Notes under the pieces: generated by a model
The model's database searches: none
What the model was told of the DNA's origin: nothing
Seen by the model: only the letters and a program-made list of their open reading frames with translations
Shown here: positions 1 through 8,699 of the stretch, piece by piece
How the letters are laid out: each line of letters opens with the position of its first letter
Numbering within the stretch: position 1 is the first letter of the stretch
Program-made: the position numbers and the translations under genes
From: an uncultured archaeon
Lineage (GTDB): Archaea > Aenigmatarchaeota > Aenigmatarchaeia > CG10238-14 > SCSR01
Reading direction: 5' to 3'
NCBI GenBank assembly: GCA_964372485.1
Contig: CAYJQI010000001.1
Location: forward strand, 707,829 to 771,828
Length of the DNA stretch: 64,000 nucleotides

Positions 1-1
1 T

Positions 2-244
2 ATGACAGATTTTATTGCAAGACAACTTTATCATAAAACAAGTGTTCATACAGAATTATTTCCAAAACCAGAATGGAAATTCCCATCTGCTAAATTAACT
101 GAAAAAATTATCGAATTTAATTCTTCTGTTTGGAACAAAAAGAAGGAAGATGGTATATCATTGAAGGATCCGATAAAAATGGAAATACCGAAAGAATTGA
201 AAAGTTTGGAGAAAGATTTGAAAGCTATGCATAATTTGAGTTAG
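2..244 (+). CDS. 3' end of a gene entering from upstream; the C-terminal tail resembles that of an archaeal class I aminoacyl-tRNA synthetase (Val/Ile/Leu type), unconfirmed
   Basis: The ORF reaches the window edge. The Lys/Glu-rich tail ...SVWNKKKEDGISLKDPIKMEIP... has the character of aaRS C-terminal extensions. No catalytic motif is visible. Confidence 0.3.
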   Translation: MTDFIARQLYHKTSVHTELFPKPEWKFPSAKLTEKIIEFNSSVWNKKKEDGISLKDPIKMEIPKELKSLEKDLKAMHNLS

Positions 245-330
245 TTTTATATATTTGAGAATTAAAATCCAAATGAAATTAAAGGTGCATTCTATTTAAC
301 GATGAAGAAAAATTACGAATAAAAAAAATC

Positions 331-1503
331 TTGAAAGAGTTGGAGTCTATAAGGGGAAGACATACTGAATTGGTTTCTGTTTATGTTCCTGCTGGGTATA
401 GTTTGAATGAAATTATAGGGCAACTTTATAATGAAAAATCCACGGCAGAGAATATCAAGTCGAAAGCCACGAGAAAAAATGTTGTTGATGCTTTGGAAAA
501 GATAACCCAGCATCTTAGAATTTTCAAAAAGACTCCTGAGAATGGGTTGGTTATTTTCTGTGGAAATGTATCAGAAGTTGAAGGGAATGTTGATATAAAG
601 ATATGGAGTTTCGAACCTCCTGAAAAAATGACTTCGAAGGTTTATTGGTGCGATCAAGTTTTTGTTCTTGAACCTTTGAGAGAAATGGTTGCTGAGAAAG
701 AAGTTTATGGTTTAATTGTAATGGATTCGTCGGAAGCTGATATTGGATTATTGTATGGGAAGAAAATCTTACCGATGAAGCATATTGATTCTCTAGTTGC
801 AGGAAAGGCAATAAAAGGAGGAATGTCACAGCGCAGGTACGACAGAATTCGTGAAGATTCTATAATAGAATATCTGAAAGAACTTGCACATATTGCATCG
901 GAGATTTTTCTAAAACAAAAAGAGTTGAAAGGGATTGTAATTGGTGGGCCTGGTCCGATAAAAGATCAGTTTGTTCGTGAAGAATATCTCAATCATCAAC
1001 TCATACCAAAAATTATTGGTGTAAAGGATATCGGATATACAGGGGATCATGGTTTCGAAGAATTGGTTCAAAGATCACAAGACTTGCTGAAAGAAGCTGC
1101 CGTAATGAAAGAGAGGAATCTAATGCAAAAGTTTCTTGTGGAATTACAGAAAGGTGGGAATATAGTTTATGGATATACTCAAACTATTGAAGCATTGAAT
1201 TTAGGATCGATAGAAAAATTATTAGTGTCAGAAGATTTCGATTGGGTGAGAGTGAAATTGAAATGTGATAATACACACGAGACTGAGAAAGATTTACCTG
1301 TAAGTGAGATTGAAAGACAAACATGTGAAGTTTGTGGACAAGTAATGAAAGTGGAGGATAAGGATTATCTTGGGGAATTATTATCTGAAAAAGCGCAGAA
1401 CTATGGAACTGAAGTTGTTATTATTTCTACTGAAACACCCGAAGGATTACAATTCAAACAATTAGGTGGAATTGGTGGATTTCTCAGATATAGGATACAA
1501 TAA
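331..1503 (+). CDS. prf1: Peptide chain release factor aRF1, with GGQ replaced by GGM
   Basis: N-domain motifs TAENIKSKATRKNV (NIKS) and YWCDQVF (YxCxxxF). The M-domain reads AGKAIKGGMSQRRYDRIRE where aRF1/eRF1 have GGQ. A C-domain Cys-containing mini-domain is present. The track start is TTG, and similarity continues upstream. Confidence 0.9.
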   Translation: MKELESIRGRHTELVSVYVPAGYSLNEIIGQLYNEKSTAENIKSKATRKNVVDALEKITQHLRIFKKTPENGLVIFCGNVSEVEGNVDIKIWSFEPPEKMTSKVYWCDQVFVLEPLREMVAEKEVYGLIVMDSSEADIGLLYGKKILPMKHIDSLVAGKAIKGGMSQRRYDRIREDSIIEYLKELAHIASEIFLKQKELKGIVIGGPGPIKDQFVREEYLNHQLIPKIIGVKDIGYTGDHGFEELVQRSQDLLKEAAVMKERNLMQKFLVELQKGGNIVYGYTQTIEALNLGSIEKLLVSEDFDWVRVKLKCDNTHETEKDLPVSEIERQTCEVCGQVMKVEDKDYLGELLSEKAQNYGTEVVIISTETPEGLQFKQLGGIGGFLRYRIQ

Positions 1504-1531
1504 TTTAAAGTTTATTTAACATCGTGATTAG

Positions 1532-2191
1532 ATGGATCGGAAATGGCCAAGATTATATCTAAGTTATAAAGGGGAGAGAACAACTGGATTTCAATTTGAC
1601 CCCGAAAGAAGAGAAGTTCATAAAGACCATGAGACATACCAATTAACTCGTAAACAAAGTGAATTAATAAAAGCATTAGTTTTGGACACCGGTTTAGTTG
1701 TACCTAGAATTGAGATGGTAGAAGCTCTAGGATATGGTGAGTTTGAGTGTGATGATCATCCTTACTTTATAAGATTCCGAAAGAATGAAAGAGCCTTAGA
1801 TTTGATTAAAAAGTTTATCTTAAACACAAAAAGAAGATTACCTATAGATGGTCACTATATATGGTCTGTAAAGAATATAGGATATGGTCTTCATTATATA
1901 CCAGATTCACGTAAACCAGAAATAACATTGGAAGCAGATGATAGACCAACTATCTTTTTTGGTGAAAATTACCCCACCTTCACAGAACTAGCTGCTTTAA
2001 TGGTAATGTATGAGAACTTTGGGAAAATTGTTGAACAAAAAGAACACATAAAAAGATTGTGGGGATTGCAAGATATTGATCCTCATCTTTTAAATGTTCA
2101 TATAGCCCTCCTGAGACGTAAAATGTTGGATAGAAGAAATCCATGTATTGTAAATGATCGCGGATACGGATATGGGCTAGTTGAAAGATAG
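1532..2191 (+). CDS. Protein with two tandem OmpR/PhoB-type winged-helix (Trans_reg_C-like) DNA-binding domains and no receiver domain
   Basis: Domain 1: LTRKQSELIKALVLDTGLVVPRIEMVEAL...IWSVKNIGYGL. Domain 2: FTELAALMVMYENFGKIVEQKEHIKRLWG...LLNVHIALLRRKM...IVNDRGYGYGL. Both match the LTxxE..LL...vsR..L...vwg....vdvhI..LRkK....I.tvrG.GY.l pattern. Confidence 0.6.
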   Translation: MDRKWPRLYLSYKGERTTGFQFDPERREVHKDHETYQLTRKQSELIKALVLDTGLVVPRIEMVEALGYGEFECDDHPYFIRFRKNERALDLIKKFILNTKRRLPIDGHYIWSVKNIGYGLHYIPDSRKPEITLEADDRPTIFFGENYPTFTELAALMVMYENFGKIVEQKEHIKRLWGLQDIDPHLLNVHIALLRRKMLDRRNPCIVNDRGYGYGLVER

Positions 2192-2220
2192 ATTAATAGT
2201 TGTGAGATTTATCTTACATA

Positions 2221-3108
2221 ATGGAAAATCATAAGATAGGTTTCATCGGTACAGGAATAATGGGCAAGCCGATGGCAATGAATTTAATCAAAGCCGGATA
2301 TACCCTAAATGTTTACAACCGTACAAAGGAAAAGACAAAAGAACTTGTTGAAATGGGCGCAACCGCATACAACTCTCCGAAAGATATTGCAGAAAATTCT
2401 GATGTGATAATAACAATTGTTTCAGATTCTCCGGATGTGGAAAATGTAGTTCTTGGTGAGAATGGTATATCTAGTGCAACTTCACATAATCAGATTGTAA
2501 TTGATATGAGCACTATTTCACCGAAAGTTACAAGAAAAATTTCACAAAGGTTGGAAGAACTTGGAATGGAAATGTTGGATGCACCTGTAAGTGGAGGGGA
2601 TGTGGGTGCAAAGAATGCAACATTAACAATTATGGTTGGCGGGAAGAAAGAGATTTTTGATAAATGTAAATCTATTCTAGAAGTCATGGGTAAAACAGTT
2701 ACATACATGGGAGATCATGGAATGGGACAGATGACGAAATTATGTAATCAAATCCTAGGCGCTCTTCATACACTTGCAGCATGTGAAGCCTTGGCACTTG
2801 CAAAGAAAGCAGGATTGGACCAAAAAACTGTATTGAATGCTGTTCTTGGAGGAAGTGCGAAATCATGGATATTGGAAAATGGCGGACCTAAGATTATTGA
2901 CAAAGATTTCAAACCTGGATTTATGGTAAAGTTAATGCAGAAAGATTTGAATTTGGTTCTTGAAAGTGCGAGGGATTTGAAACTTTCACTACCTGCGACG
3001 TCGCTTGTTCAACAATTGTATAATTCTGTTGCGGCAGATGGTGGAGAAGAATTAAGTACGTTTTCTTTGATAAAGGCGCTGGAGAAATTAGGTAATATAA
3101 AAAATTAG
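2221..3108 (+). CDS. NAD(P)-dependent beta-hydroxyacid dehydrogenase (3-hydroxyisobutyrate / tartronate-semialdehyde reductase family)
   Basis: N-terminal Rossmann motif IGFIGTGIMGKPMAMNL, DAPVSGG motif, and typical length and C-terminal helical domain. Confidence 0.85.
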   Translation: MENHKIGFIGTGIMGKPMAMNLIKAGYTLNVYNRTKEKTKELVEMGATAYNSPKDIAENSDVIITIVSDSPDVENVVLGENGISSATSHNQIVIDMSTISPKVTRKISQRLEELGMEMLDAPVSGGDVGAKNATLTIMVGGKKEIFDKCKSILEVMGKTVTYMGDHGMGQMTKLCNQILGALHTLAACEALALAKKAGLDQKTVLNAVLGGSAKSWILENGGPKIIDKDFKPGFMVKLMQKDLNLVLESARDLKLSLPATSLVQQLYNSVAADGGEELSTFSLIKALEKLGNIKN

Positions 3109-3362
3109 AAAAGATCTAATTGAGATGGTTCAGAATGATATTGTGAAATTATTCCCCATCTTTTCGCATGTGGAAAGTTTTCTGGATTTACATCATCGTT
3201 TGTTCTAAAGAATCTAATTGCTTCTCTTGGATGTCGAACAGCATATCTTATCATTTGCCTATCTTCTCGTGACGCTTGAACATAAGTAAGTAAAATCGCC
3301 AAAGATAAAGCAGTACCTCCTACTAGAGCACCAAGTTCGCATAAGGAATTGTAATTTCCCAT
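3105..3362 (-). CDS. Small hypothetical protein with one N-terminal hydrophobic helix
   Basis: ORF only. It fills the gap between flanking genes. The hydrophobic stretch is GALVGGTALSLAILLTYV. Confidence 0.35.
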   Translation of the reverse strand: MGNYNSLCELGALVGGTALSLAILLTYVQASREDRQMIRYAVRHPREAIRFFRTNDDVNPENFPHAKRWGIISQYHSEPSQLDLF

Positions 3363-3398
3363 GCTTGATATTATTCAATAAACTTTAAGTCTATAACG

Positions 3399-3956
3399 TT
3401 ATCTTACAACTTCTATCTTCAACACACCATCTTTGAACTCATTGTTAACTTGTGCATCAGAAGGAATAGGAATTAATTTGAAGTAAGCCTTGTCTCCTGC
3501 AAAAGCCTTGACCTCCATACTTTGATCCAGTTGTTTAATTTCAATATCTTCCAAGCTTTTCACGTTGGGAAGATTCAAAGTTATAACTTGTTTGTTGTGT
3601 GTTTTGTAGATTTTTGTTTCAGGTTCTTCTGTACTTTTTGGTATACGAACAGGTTTTTCCGGGCGTTTATGTTCATGATGAACGTGTTTGTGTTCTCCAA
3701 AGGCTTGGACATTAATTTTTGGCGGGGATGTATTATCAGAAGTTATAGTTATGCTAACTCCCTTCGCTTTGACTGGTTGTCGGATGTATTTAGGCATCTT
3801 CATTTCCATCATGCGATCGATATGACGCATTTCTTTATCAATTTCTTGTAATGGGTCTCTTCTAGATTCTTTCAAAGGAAATCCACAATTAGAACAAAAT
3901 GACCATTCTTCCTTAACCTTGGTGTCACAATTTCTACACTTTTTTGACCAGAACAT
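3399..3956 (-). CDS. Zinc-ribbon protein with a C-terminal Hsp20/alpha-crystallin-like domain
   Basis: N-terminus has CRNC...CSNC (zinc ribbon). The C-terminus QVITLNLPNVKSLEDIEIKQLDQSMEVKAFAGDKAYFKLIPIPSDAQVNNEFKDGVLKIEV resembles the ACD beta-sandwich, including the terminal nGvL.i motif. Confidence 0.55.
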   Translation of the reverse strand: MFWSKKCRNCDTKVKEEWSFCSNCGFPLKESRRDPLQEIDKEMRHIDRMMEMKMPKYIRQPVKAKGVSITITSDNTSPPKINVQAFGEHKHVHHEHKRPEKPVRIPKSTEEPETKIYKTHNKQVITLNLPNVKSLEDIEIKQLDQSMEVKAFAGDKAYFKLIPIPSDAQVNNEFKDGVLKIEVVR

Positions 3957-3994
3957 TCTATCTAATAGAATATGGTATTTTAAAAAGATAAGGT

Positions 3995-4180
3995 TTATGA
4001 GAGTTGCTTGAGAATCTTTCCACGGATTTCAGCATCCCCGCCAGTAGGAACTACGAGTTCTGCTTCACATTTCAGGCATTTTACAAGCGTAGAAGCCTTG
4101 CTGAAAACAACCTGCTCGTTCTTGCATTTTCTGCACGAAACAGCTACAAACTTACTTCTTGGCATTTGAATTTGTTCCAT
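3995..4180 (-). CDS. rps27e: Ribosomal protein eS27 (S27e)
   Basis: C4 zinc knuckle and the conserved string VSCRKCKNEQVVFSKASTLVKCLKCEAELVVPTGG. Confidence 0.95.
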   Translation of the reverse strand: MEQIQMPRSKFVAVSCRKCKNEQVVFSKASTLVKCLKCEAELVVPTGGDAEIRGKILKQLS

Positions 4181-4181
4181 T

Positions 4182-4463
4182 TTACACCCTTACAATTTCG
4201 AACTTTTTAGCTCTAAAACCTTGGCCCCTCATATGCTTCTTTCCACAAACTGTACATTTGTATCTTAGATCTATCTTCTTTGTGGCTTTCTCATAATCTG
4301 GTTGTGGTCTAGGAAAACTACCATATCCCTTTAATTTTCTTAAATATCGTCTCTGTCCCTGCGCCATTACTCGTCTTGTTTTCTTCTTAGCGACTTCAAC
4401 TGTGTGTTCGGTGTGTTTTTTACAGTGAGGACAGTAAGTCTTGAGCTTCTGAGGGAATTTCAT
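4182..4463 (-). CDS. rpl44e: Ribosomal protein eL42 (L44e)
   Basis: [11 protein letters not shown]...QGQRRY.RK.KGYG...KCTVCGKKH pattern. It is directly coupled to rps27e, as in most archaea. Confidence 0.95.
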   Translation of the reverse strand: MKFPQKLKTYCPHCKKHTEHTVEVAKKKTRRVMAQGQRRYLRKLKGYGSFPRPQPDYEKATKKIDLRYKCTVCGKKHMRGQGFRAKKFEIVRV

Positions 4464-4494
4464 TTAAATCAATTAGAACATCTAGTTTAAAAGT

Positions 4495-5022
4495 TTATTT
4501 AACTTTCTCCACGATACCTCTTTCCAAAAGTATCTTCATGTTTTCATCCGGAAGTGTTGTCATGTCGCCTTTTCTGAAAGGTCCGTAAGTTTTTTCGTCC
4601 ATTCCTAGAAATTCCGGTGTGTCTTCTCTAAACATAACTGTGGGTTGAGAAGGTTCGGATTTCCCAACAAAAATATTACTGGATTCTTTTCTCCGGTTTT
4701 TTATTAAAATTAACACAGAACTGTAAAATGATCTTTCATCGTCATCTAGATTTTCAGGTGATAATCCGCTTCTAGCAGCAATTATTGCGGCGTTGAGTAT
4801 CTTTCTCTCTCGACGATTTATTATATCCTCGACCAATCGTTCTACATTTCTCAGTTCTAAAGAACTCTTTCTATCATCATTTGCGATTACTTTTTTCTTT
4901 TGTTCCAAATAATTTGAGACAGAATTGAAAAAGTTCGTAGGGAGGCGTGTCAAAGTCGGTAATTTTTGTTCTTCGAGTTGGATTTTTCTTATAAGCTCGA
5001 AGGTTATAGTTTCTTCAGTCAT
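4495..5022 (-). CDS. GINS subunit (Gins51/Gins15-like)
   Basis: A-domain-like helical N-terminus (ELIRKIQLEE...NYLEQKKK...LVEDIINRRERKIL) and a small C-terminal B-domain (GDMTTLPDENMKILLERGIVEKV). It sits immediately downstream of the primase gene, the classic archaeal PriS-Gins linkage. Confidence 0.65.
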   Translation of the reverse strand: MTEETITFELIRKIQLEEQKLPTLTRLPTNFFNSVSNYLEQKKKVIANDDRKSSLELRNVERLVEDIINRRERKILNAAIIAARSGLSPENLDDDERSFYSSVLILIKNRRKESSNIFVGKSEPSQPTVMFREDTPEFLGMDEKTYGPFRKGDMTTLPDENMKILLERGIVEKVK

Positions 5023-5065
5023 GGTTTCAATTTATATCAAACGTGGAAAAGTTAAATATCTTTGG

Positions 5066-6355
5066 CTATTTGACTCGTTGTTTTCGTTCTTTCAATCTTC
5101 TTAAAGGCACATTAACCGGATTTTTAACTGTCGCGTGATTCACTTCTTTGCAACACACATCATATAATCCAAGTTGTTTATAGAAAACCTCATTATTGCA
5201 ATTCGGTGGGAGAAGATTTCTGTCCTGTCTGAAATGCCATCGTAATTGAGAACGAACATAATTCGATCCCAAAGGTGGGATATTTTTCTCATTCCATTCG
5301 AAAACTTTATCCTGAATTTTTTCATCAGACCATCCCATATTACGAAGGAATGTAATTAAAATGAACAAACCTCTTTTCTTACCATCGGATATACCGTTCA
5401 ACAAATGTTTTATACATCCTGGAAAGAAAATTTCTGGAACTTCTTTAACTTTAGTGAATTTTCTTGTCTGAGGCAACTCTTCCCTTATTTCAATTTTATT
5501 TCTACTTCCCCAATCCAATGCTTCAACGATTAGTCCTTCACTATCATTCTTTTCTTTTAAAACAAGGAATTTTTCTTCGACTTTGGCTTTTTCGATTGAT
5601 GCATCTTCTCGTTGGAATCTATCCAATTGTTCTATCTTTAGAGGAAGACTAACTAACAAATTTTTTTCATGAAGCGAATATGGTAGTCTAAACAAATGTC
5701 TAAGACCGAAAACATCGATTGAAACTATTTTATAAGGATCTATTTCGTTATCGGAAATTACATCAGTCAAATTCTTTCCCACTCTTTTCGCCAGTCCTTC
5801 ACCATCATCGAGATCAATCAATTCTTCTTTCAAAGAATCTTTTGCGTATGATTTCAAGTATTCGAGAATTGTTTGGTAAACTGAAGGGTATAATGTGCTG
5901 GTAGGTTGCAAGTTTATTCTATCTGGTAAAGATTCAAATGGCACTCCGATATGGAATCCTTTTCCACCCGTAAATTTTAAAGAATAACTCTTCACGCCAT
6001 GTCTTCCTAAAGCATCAATAAAACTTTTCGTAACTATTTTCGCAATTTCAAAATCTTTTACATCAGGATCAATTATCAAACTCCATCCTGTTCGTAATTT
6101 GTCAACTTGAGTTTTAGTCATTCCAACATCCAATTCCATTGGGTTTGACCATTGTTCAACAGAACCATGAAAGGATATAGTTCCTTCTGAAACAGCTTGA
6201 ATGACATCTGCGGGATATTGAATTATATCAGGACGCTTCCCAAATGAACCATCCTGAAAAACAGAAACAACTTCACGATTCTTTCCGATTTCCACAAGAG
6301 CCTTTTGAACAGATTCTTTGGAATACCATGACCATACCTTTTTGAACTCGACCAT
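5066..6355 (-). CDS. priS: DNA primase: AEP catalytic (PriS) domain fused to a PriL C-terminal-like (Fe-S) domain
   Basis: AEP motifs SLIIDPD (DxD), FTGGKGFHIGVP (sGxGxH) and LFRLPYSLHEK. The C-terminal third has FFPGCIKHLLNG...KKRGLFILITFLRNMGWSDEKI plus further Cys (PPNCNN, VCCKE), like the PriL-CTD. Confidence 0.8.
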   Translation of the reverse strand: MVEFKKVWSWYSKESVQKALVEIGKNREVVSVFQDGSFGKRPDIIQYPADVIQAVSEGTISFHGSVEQWSNPMELDVGMTKTQVDKLRTGWSLIIDPDVKDFEIAKIVTKSFIDALGRHGVKSYSLKFTGGKGFHIGVPFESLPDRINLQPTSTLYPSVYQTILEYLKSYAKDSLKEELIDLDDGEGLAKRVGKNLTDVISDNEIDPYKIVSIDVFGLRHLFRLPYSLHEKNLLVSLPLKIEQLDRFQREDASIEKAKVEEKFLVLKEKNDSEGLIVEALDWGSRNKIEIREELPQTRKFTKVKEVPEIFFPGCIKHLLNGISDGKKRGLFILITFLRNMGWSDEKIQDKVFEWNEKNIPPLGSNYVRSQLRWHFRQDRNLLPPNCNNEVFYKQLGLYDVCCKEVNHATVKNPVNVPLRRLKERKQRVK

Positions 6356-6460
6356 ACAATGCCTTGAGAAGATAACTCCTCGAAAATATATTGAAGTGAA
6401 GAATTTAAATCCGTTGCCGGTAAAAATAGTTATTTCAATATTCTACTATAATATACTTGA

Positions 6461-7003
6461 ATGGGGGTTGCCGAAGCTTTTAAAAATCAATGGACACTAA
6501 TTGCTCTCGGTGTTATTGGAATTTTATTTTTAACATCAACATTTTTAATCAACGGGACAGTGAAGATTGCCCTATATCTGGTTTTCACTATTGTTTCATG
6601 TGTTTTCACATATGTACTTAGCGTGAATAGATCTCCAATTGATATATCACCAATATTTTTTCTAATGGTTTTAATTTCTGTAGAATATGGTTTCTTTTAT
6701 GCCGTATTGTTTGTAATTACAACAACTTTTCTTCCTGTCTTTTTCGGTGGAGGGGATCTTGAACCTGGAACGTTTCTTTTTCTGGGGAGTTTTATATTAA
6801 TTTGTTTTCTTGCGCAAATGTTTTCAGGGACGGCTATACTTACATTAGGAATTGGATTAATGGCGTTAAATTTGGTATTTGCATTTTTCTTTCAATTTAT
6901 GGGAGAAAATCCAGGAGGATTTATTTATTCATTAATTCATGCAGTCATTACAATATTTTATTTTGCTGTTCTTGGTGAATTTTTAATTAAGATTATTAAT
7001 TAG
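6461..7003 (+). CDS. Polytopic membrane protein, unknown function
   Basis: About 5-6 hydrophobic helices and no recognisable motif. Confidence 0.5.
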   Translation: MGVAEAFKNQWTLIALGVIGILFLTSTFLINGTVKIALYLVFTIVSCVFTYVLSVNRSPIDISPIFFLMVLISVEYGFFYAVLFVITTTFLPVFFGGGDLEPGTFLFLGSFILICFLAQMFSGTAILTLGIGLMALNLVFAFFFQFMGENPGGFIYSLIHAVITIFYFAVLGEFLIKIIN

Positions 7004-8438
7004 AATCATTATACTTCCAACTTATACCATCTTTTGTATCTTCTACAATTATTCCAAAATTTTCCTTAAGATCATTTCGTATTTTATCTGCCGCGTCAAA
7101 ATCTCCAACTTTTCTAGCAGCTTCTCTTTTTTTAATCAGATCGAGTGCTTCTTTTGGTAGATCTCTTTTCTTTTCCGATGAAATTATTTGAAATAGTTCA
7201 CCATATTCTTTCAATTTTTCTTCAGCTAATTTCAAATCATTCTTTGAGAATTTGTCAGAGTCTATTTGTTTGTTCACAAGTGTAATTATTTGGAAATATT
7301 TTGTGAATGCCAGTGGTGTATTCATGTCGTCATTCATTGCATCAAGAAATTCTTTACCAAGTGAAGTTATTTTTTTAACAAGATAATCTTTCTTTCCCAC
7401 TTTCTTGTAACTTTCTGAAATTCTTTGCAGTGTAGTTTTTATTTTCTCTACTTTTTTCTTGGCAACCTCAAGATCATTCTCGTTATAATCCAATGGTTTT
7501 CGATAATGAGTTGATGCTATCCATAAACGTAATGTTTCTGGTGAATGTTTGTTGAGCGCATCTAGTAATCGAATGAAATTACCTAAGGACTTGCTCATTT
7601 TTTCTCCTTTGATTGTCAAGAGTCCACTATGAACCCAATATTTTACATAAGGTTTGATTCCTGTAGTTGCTTCAGCTTGTGCAATTTCTGCTTCATGATG
7701 CGGGAATGCAAGTTCTATCGCTCCACCGTGAATGTCATACTGAGAACCAAAATATTTCAAAGCAATTGCAGTGTCTTCTATATGCCATCCCGGATATCCC
7801 CAATCTGACCAAGGTGAAGACCAACCTAAAATATGTTCTCGTGTTGCATTAATCCATAAAGCAAAATCATTCGGATCAGTTTTATCAGGATTTATTTCCA
7901 CTCGCGCACCAGCTTTTAATTCTTCAGTAACTTTCCTTGACAATTTTCCATAATCTTTGAATTTGGATACATCAAAATAAACAGAATCATTTGCAATATA
8001 GGCATATCCATTCTCAATTATTTTTTGTGCATGATCGATTATTTCTGGTATGTGGTCAGTTGCTCTCGCAATTATATCAGGTCGGAGTAACTTCAATCTA
8101 TCCGCAGCAGCCAAATGTTTTTCCAAGTAAAAATTAGCTATATCCAATGGGTGTTTCTTTTCTTGTTTTGCCTTTTTCTCGATTTTATCCTCGCCTGTAT
8201 CAGTTGTCAAATGTCCAACATCTGTAACATTCTGTAAATAAGTCACCTTGTAACCAGAATATCGGAGAAATCTGACTAGAGTATCGTAAAAGGAATATGT
8301 TCTAGCATGGCCGAGATGGGTATAATCGTAAACTGTAACACCGCAGACGAAAAGTTCTACTTTCTTGTTATCTAGAGGTTTGAAAAGTTCCTTCTTTTTG
8401 GTCATAGTGTTGAAAAGTTTCAAAGGCATGTATATCAT
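6996..8438 (-). CDS. cysS: Cysteinyl-tRNA synthetase
   Basis: Class I signatures HLGHARTY (HIGH) and KMSKSLGN (KMSKS), plus the CysRS-typical WPGWHIE-like string GYPGWHIEDT. Confidence 0.97.
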   Translation of the reverse strand: MIYMPLKLFNTMTKKKELFKPLDNKKVELFVCGVTVYDYTHLGHARTYSFYDTLVRFLRYSGYKVTYLQNVTDVGHLTTDTGEDKIEKKAKQEKKHPLDIANFYLEKHLAAADRLKLLRPDIIARATDHIPEIIDHAQKIIENGYAYIANDSVYFDVSKFKDYGKLSRKVTEELKAGARVEINPDKTDPNDFALWINATREHILGWSSPWSDWGYPGWHIEDTAIALKYFGSQYDIHGGAIELAFPHHEAEIAQAEATTGIKPYVKYWVHSGLLTIKGEKMSKSLGNFIRLLDALNKHSPETLRLWIASTHYRKPLDYNENDLEVAKKKVEKIKTTLQRISESYKKVGKKDYLVKKITSLGKEFLDAMNDDMNTPLAFTKYFQIITLVNKQIDSDKFSKNDLKLAEEKLKEYGELFQIISSEKKRDLPKEALDLIKKREAARKVGDFDAADKIRNDLKENFGIIVEDTKDGISWKYNDSN

Positions 8439-8635
8439 ATTAATCGTCTCTTTAAAAATATCTTACTTCGCAAATCTAGAAGGGAGGGAATTTCTTTAAC
8501 AATACCGTTTCTTTTCAGAATAGATAAGTTATAGCGCAGTGTTCGTTCGGGAAGTTTTGTGGAGATCAAAAGTTGTTTGAAAGTTTTGGGACTAGAAAGA
8601 TTTTTCTTAATTAGTTGCAATGCAAAGACGTTCAC
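8435..8635 (-). CDS. Small winged-helix DNA-binding protein
   Basis: 66 aa with a GTG start. TFKQLLISTKLPERTLRYNLSILKRNGIVKEI is a typical wHTH recognition unit. It overlaps the cysS start by 4 nt. Confidence 0.55.
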   Translation of the reverse strand: MNVFALQLIKKNLSSPKTFKQLLISTKLPERTLRYNLSILKRNGIVKEIPSLLDLRSKIFLKRRLI

Positions 8636-8699
8636 CGATCATTTTCCCACAAGATTATTCATTATTGTTGAAATTTAAAGTTAAGGATATCGGCAATAG

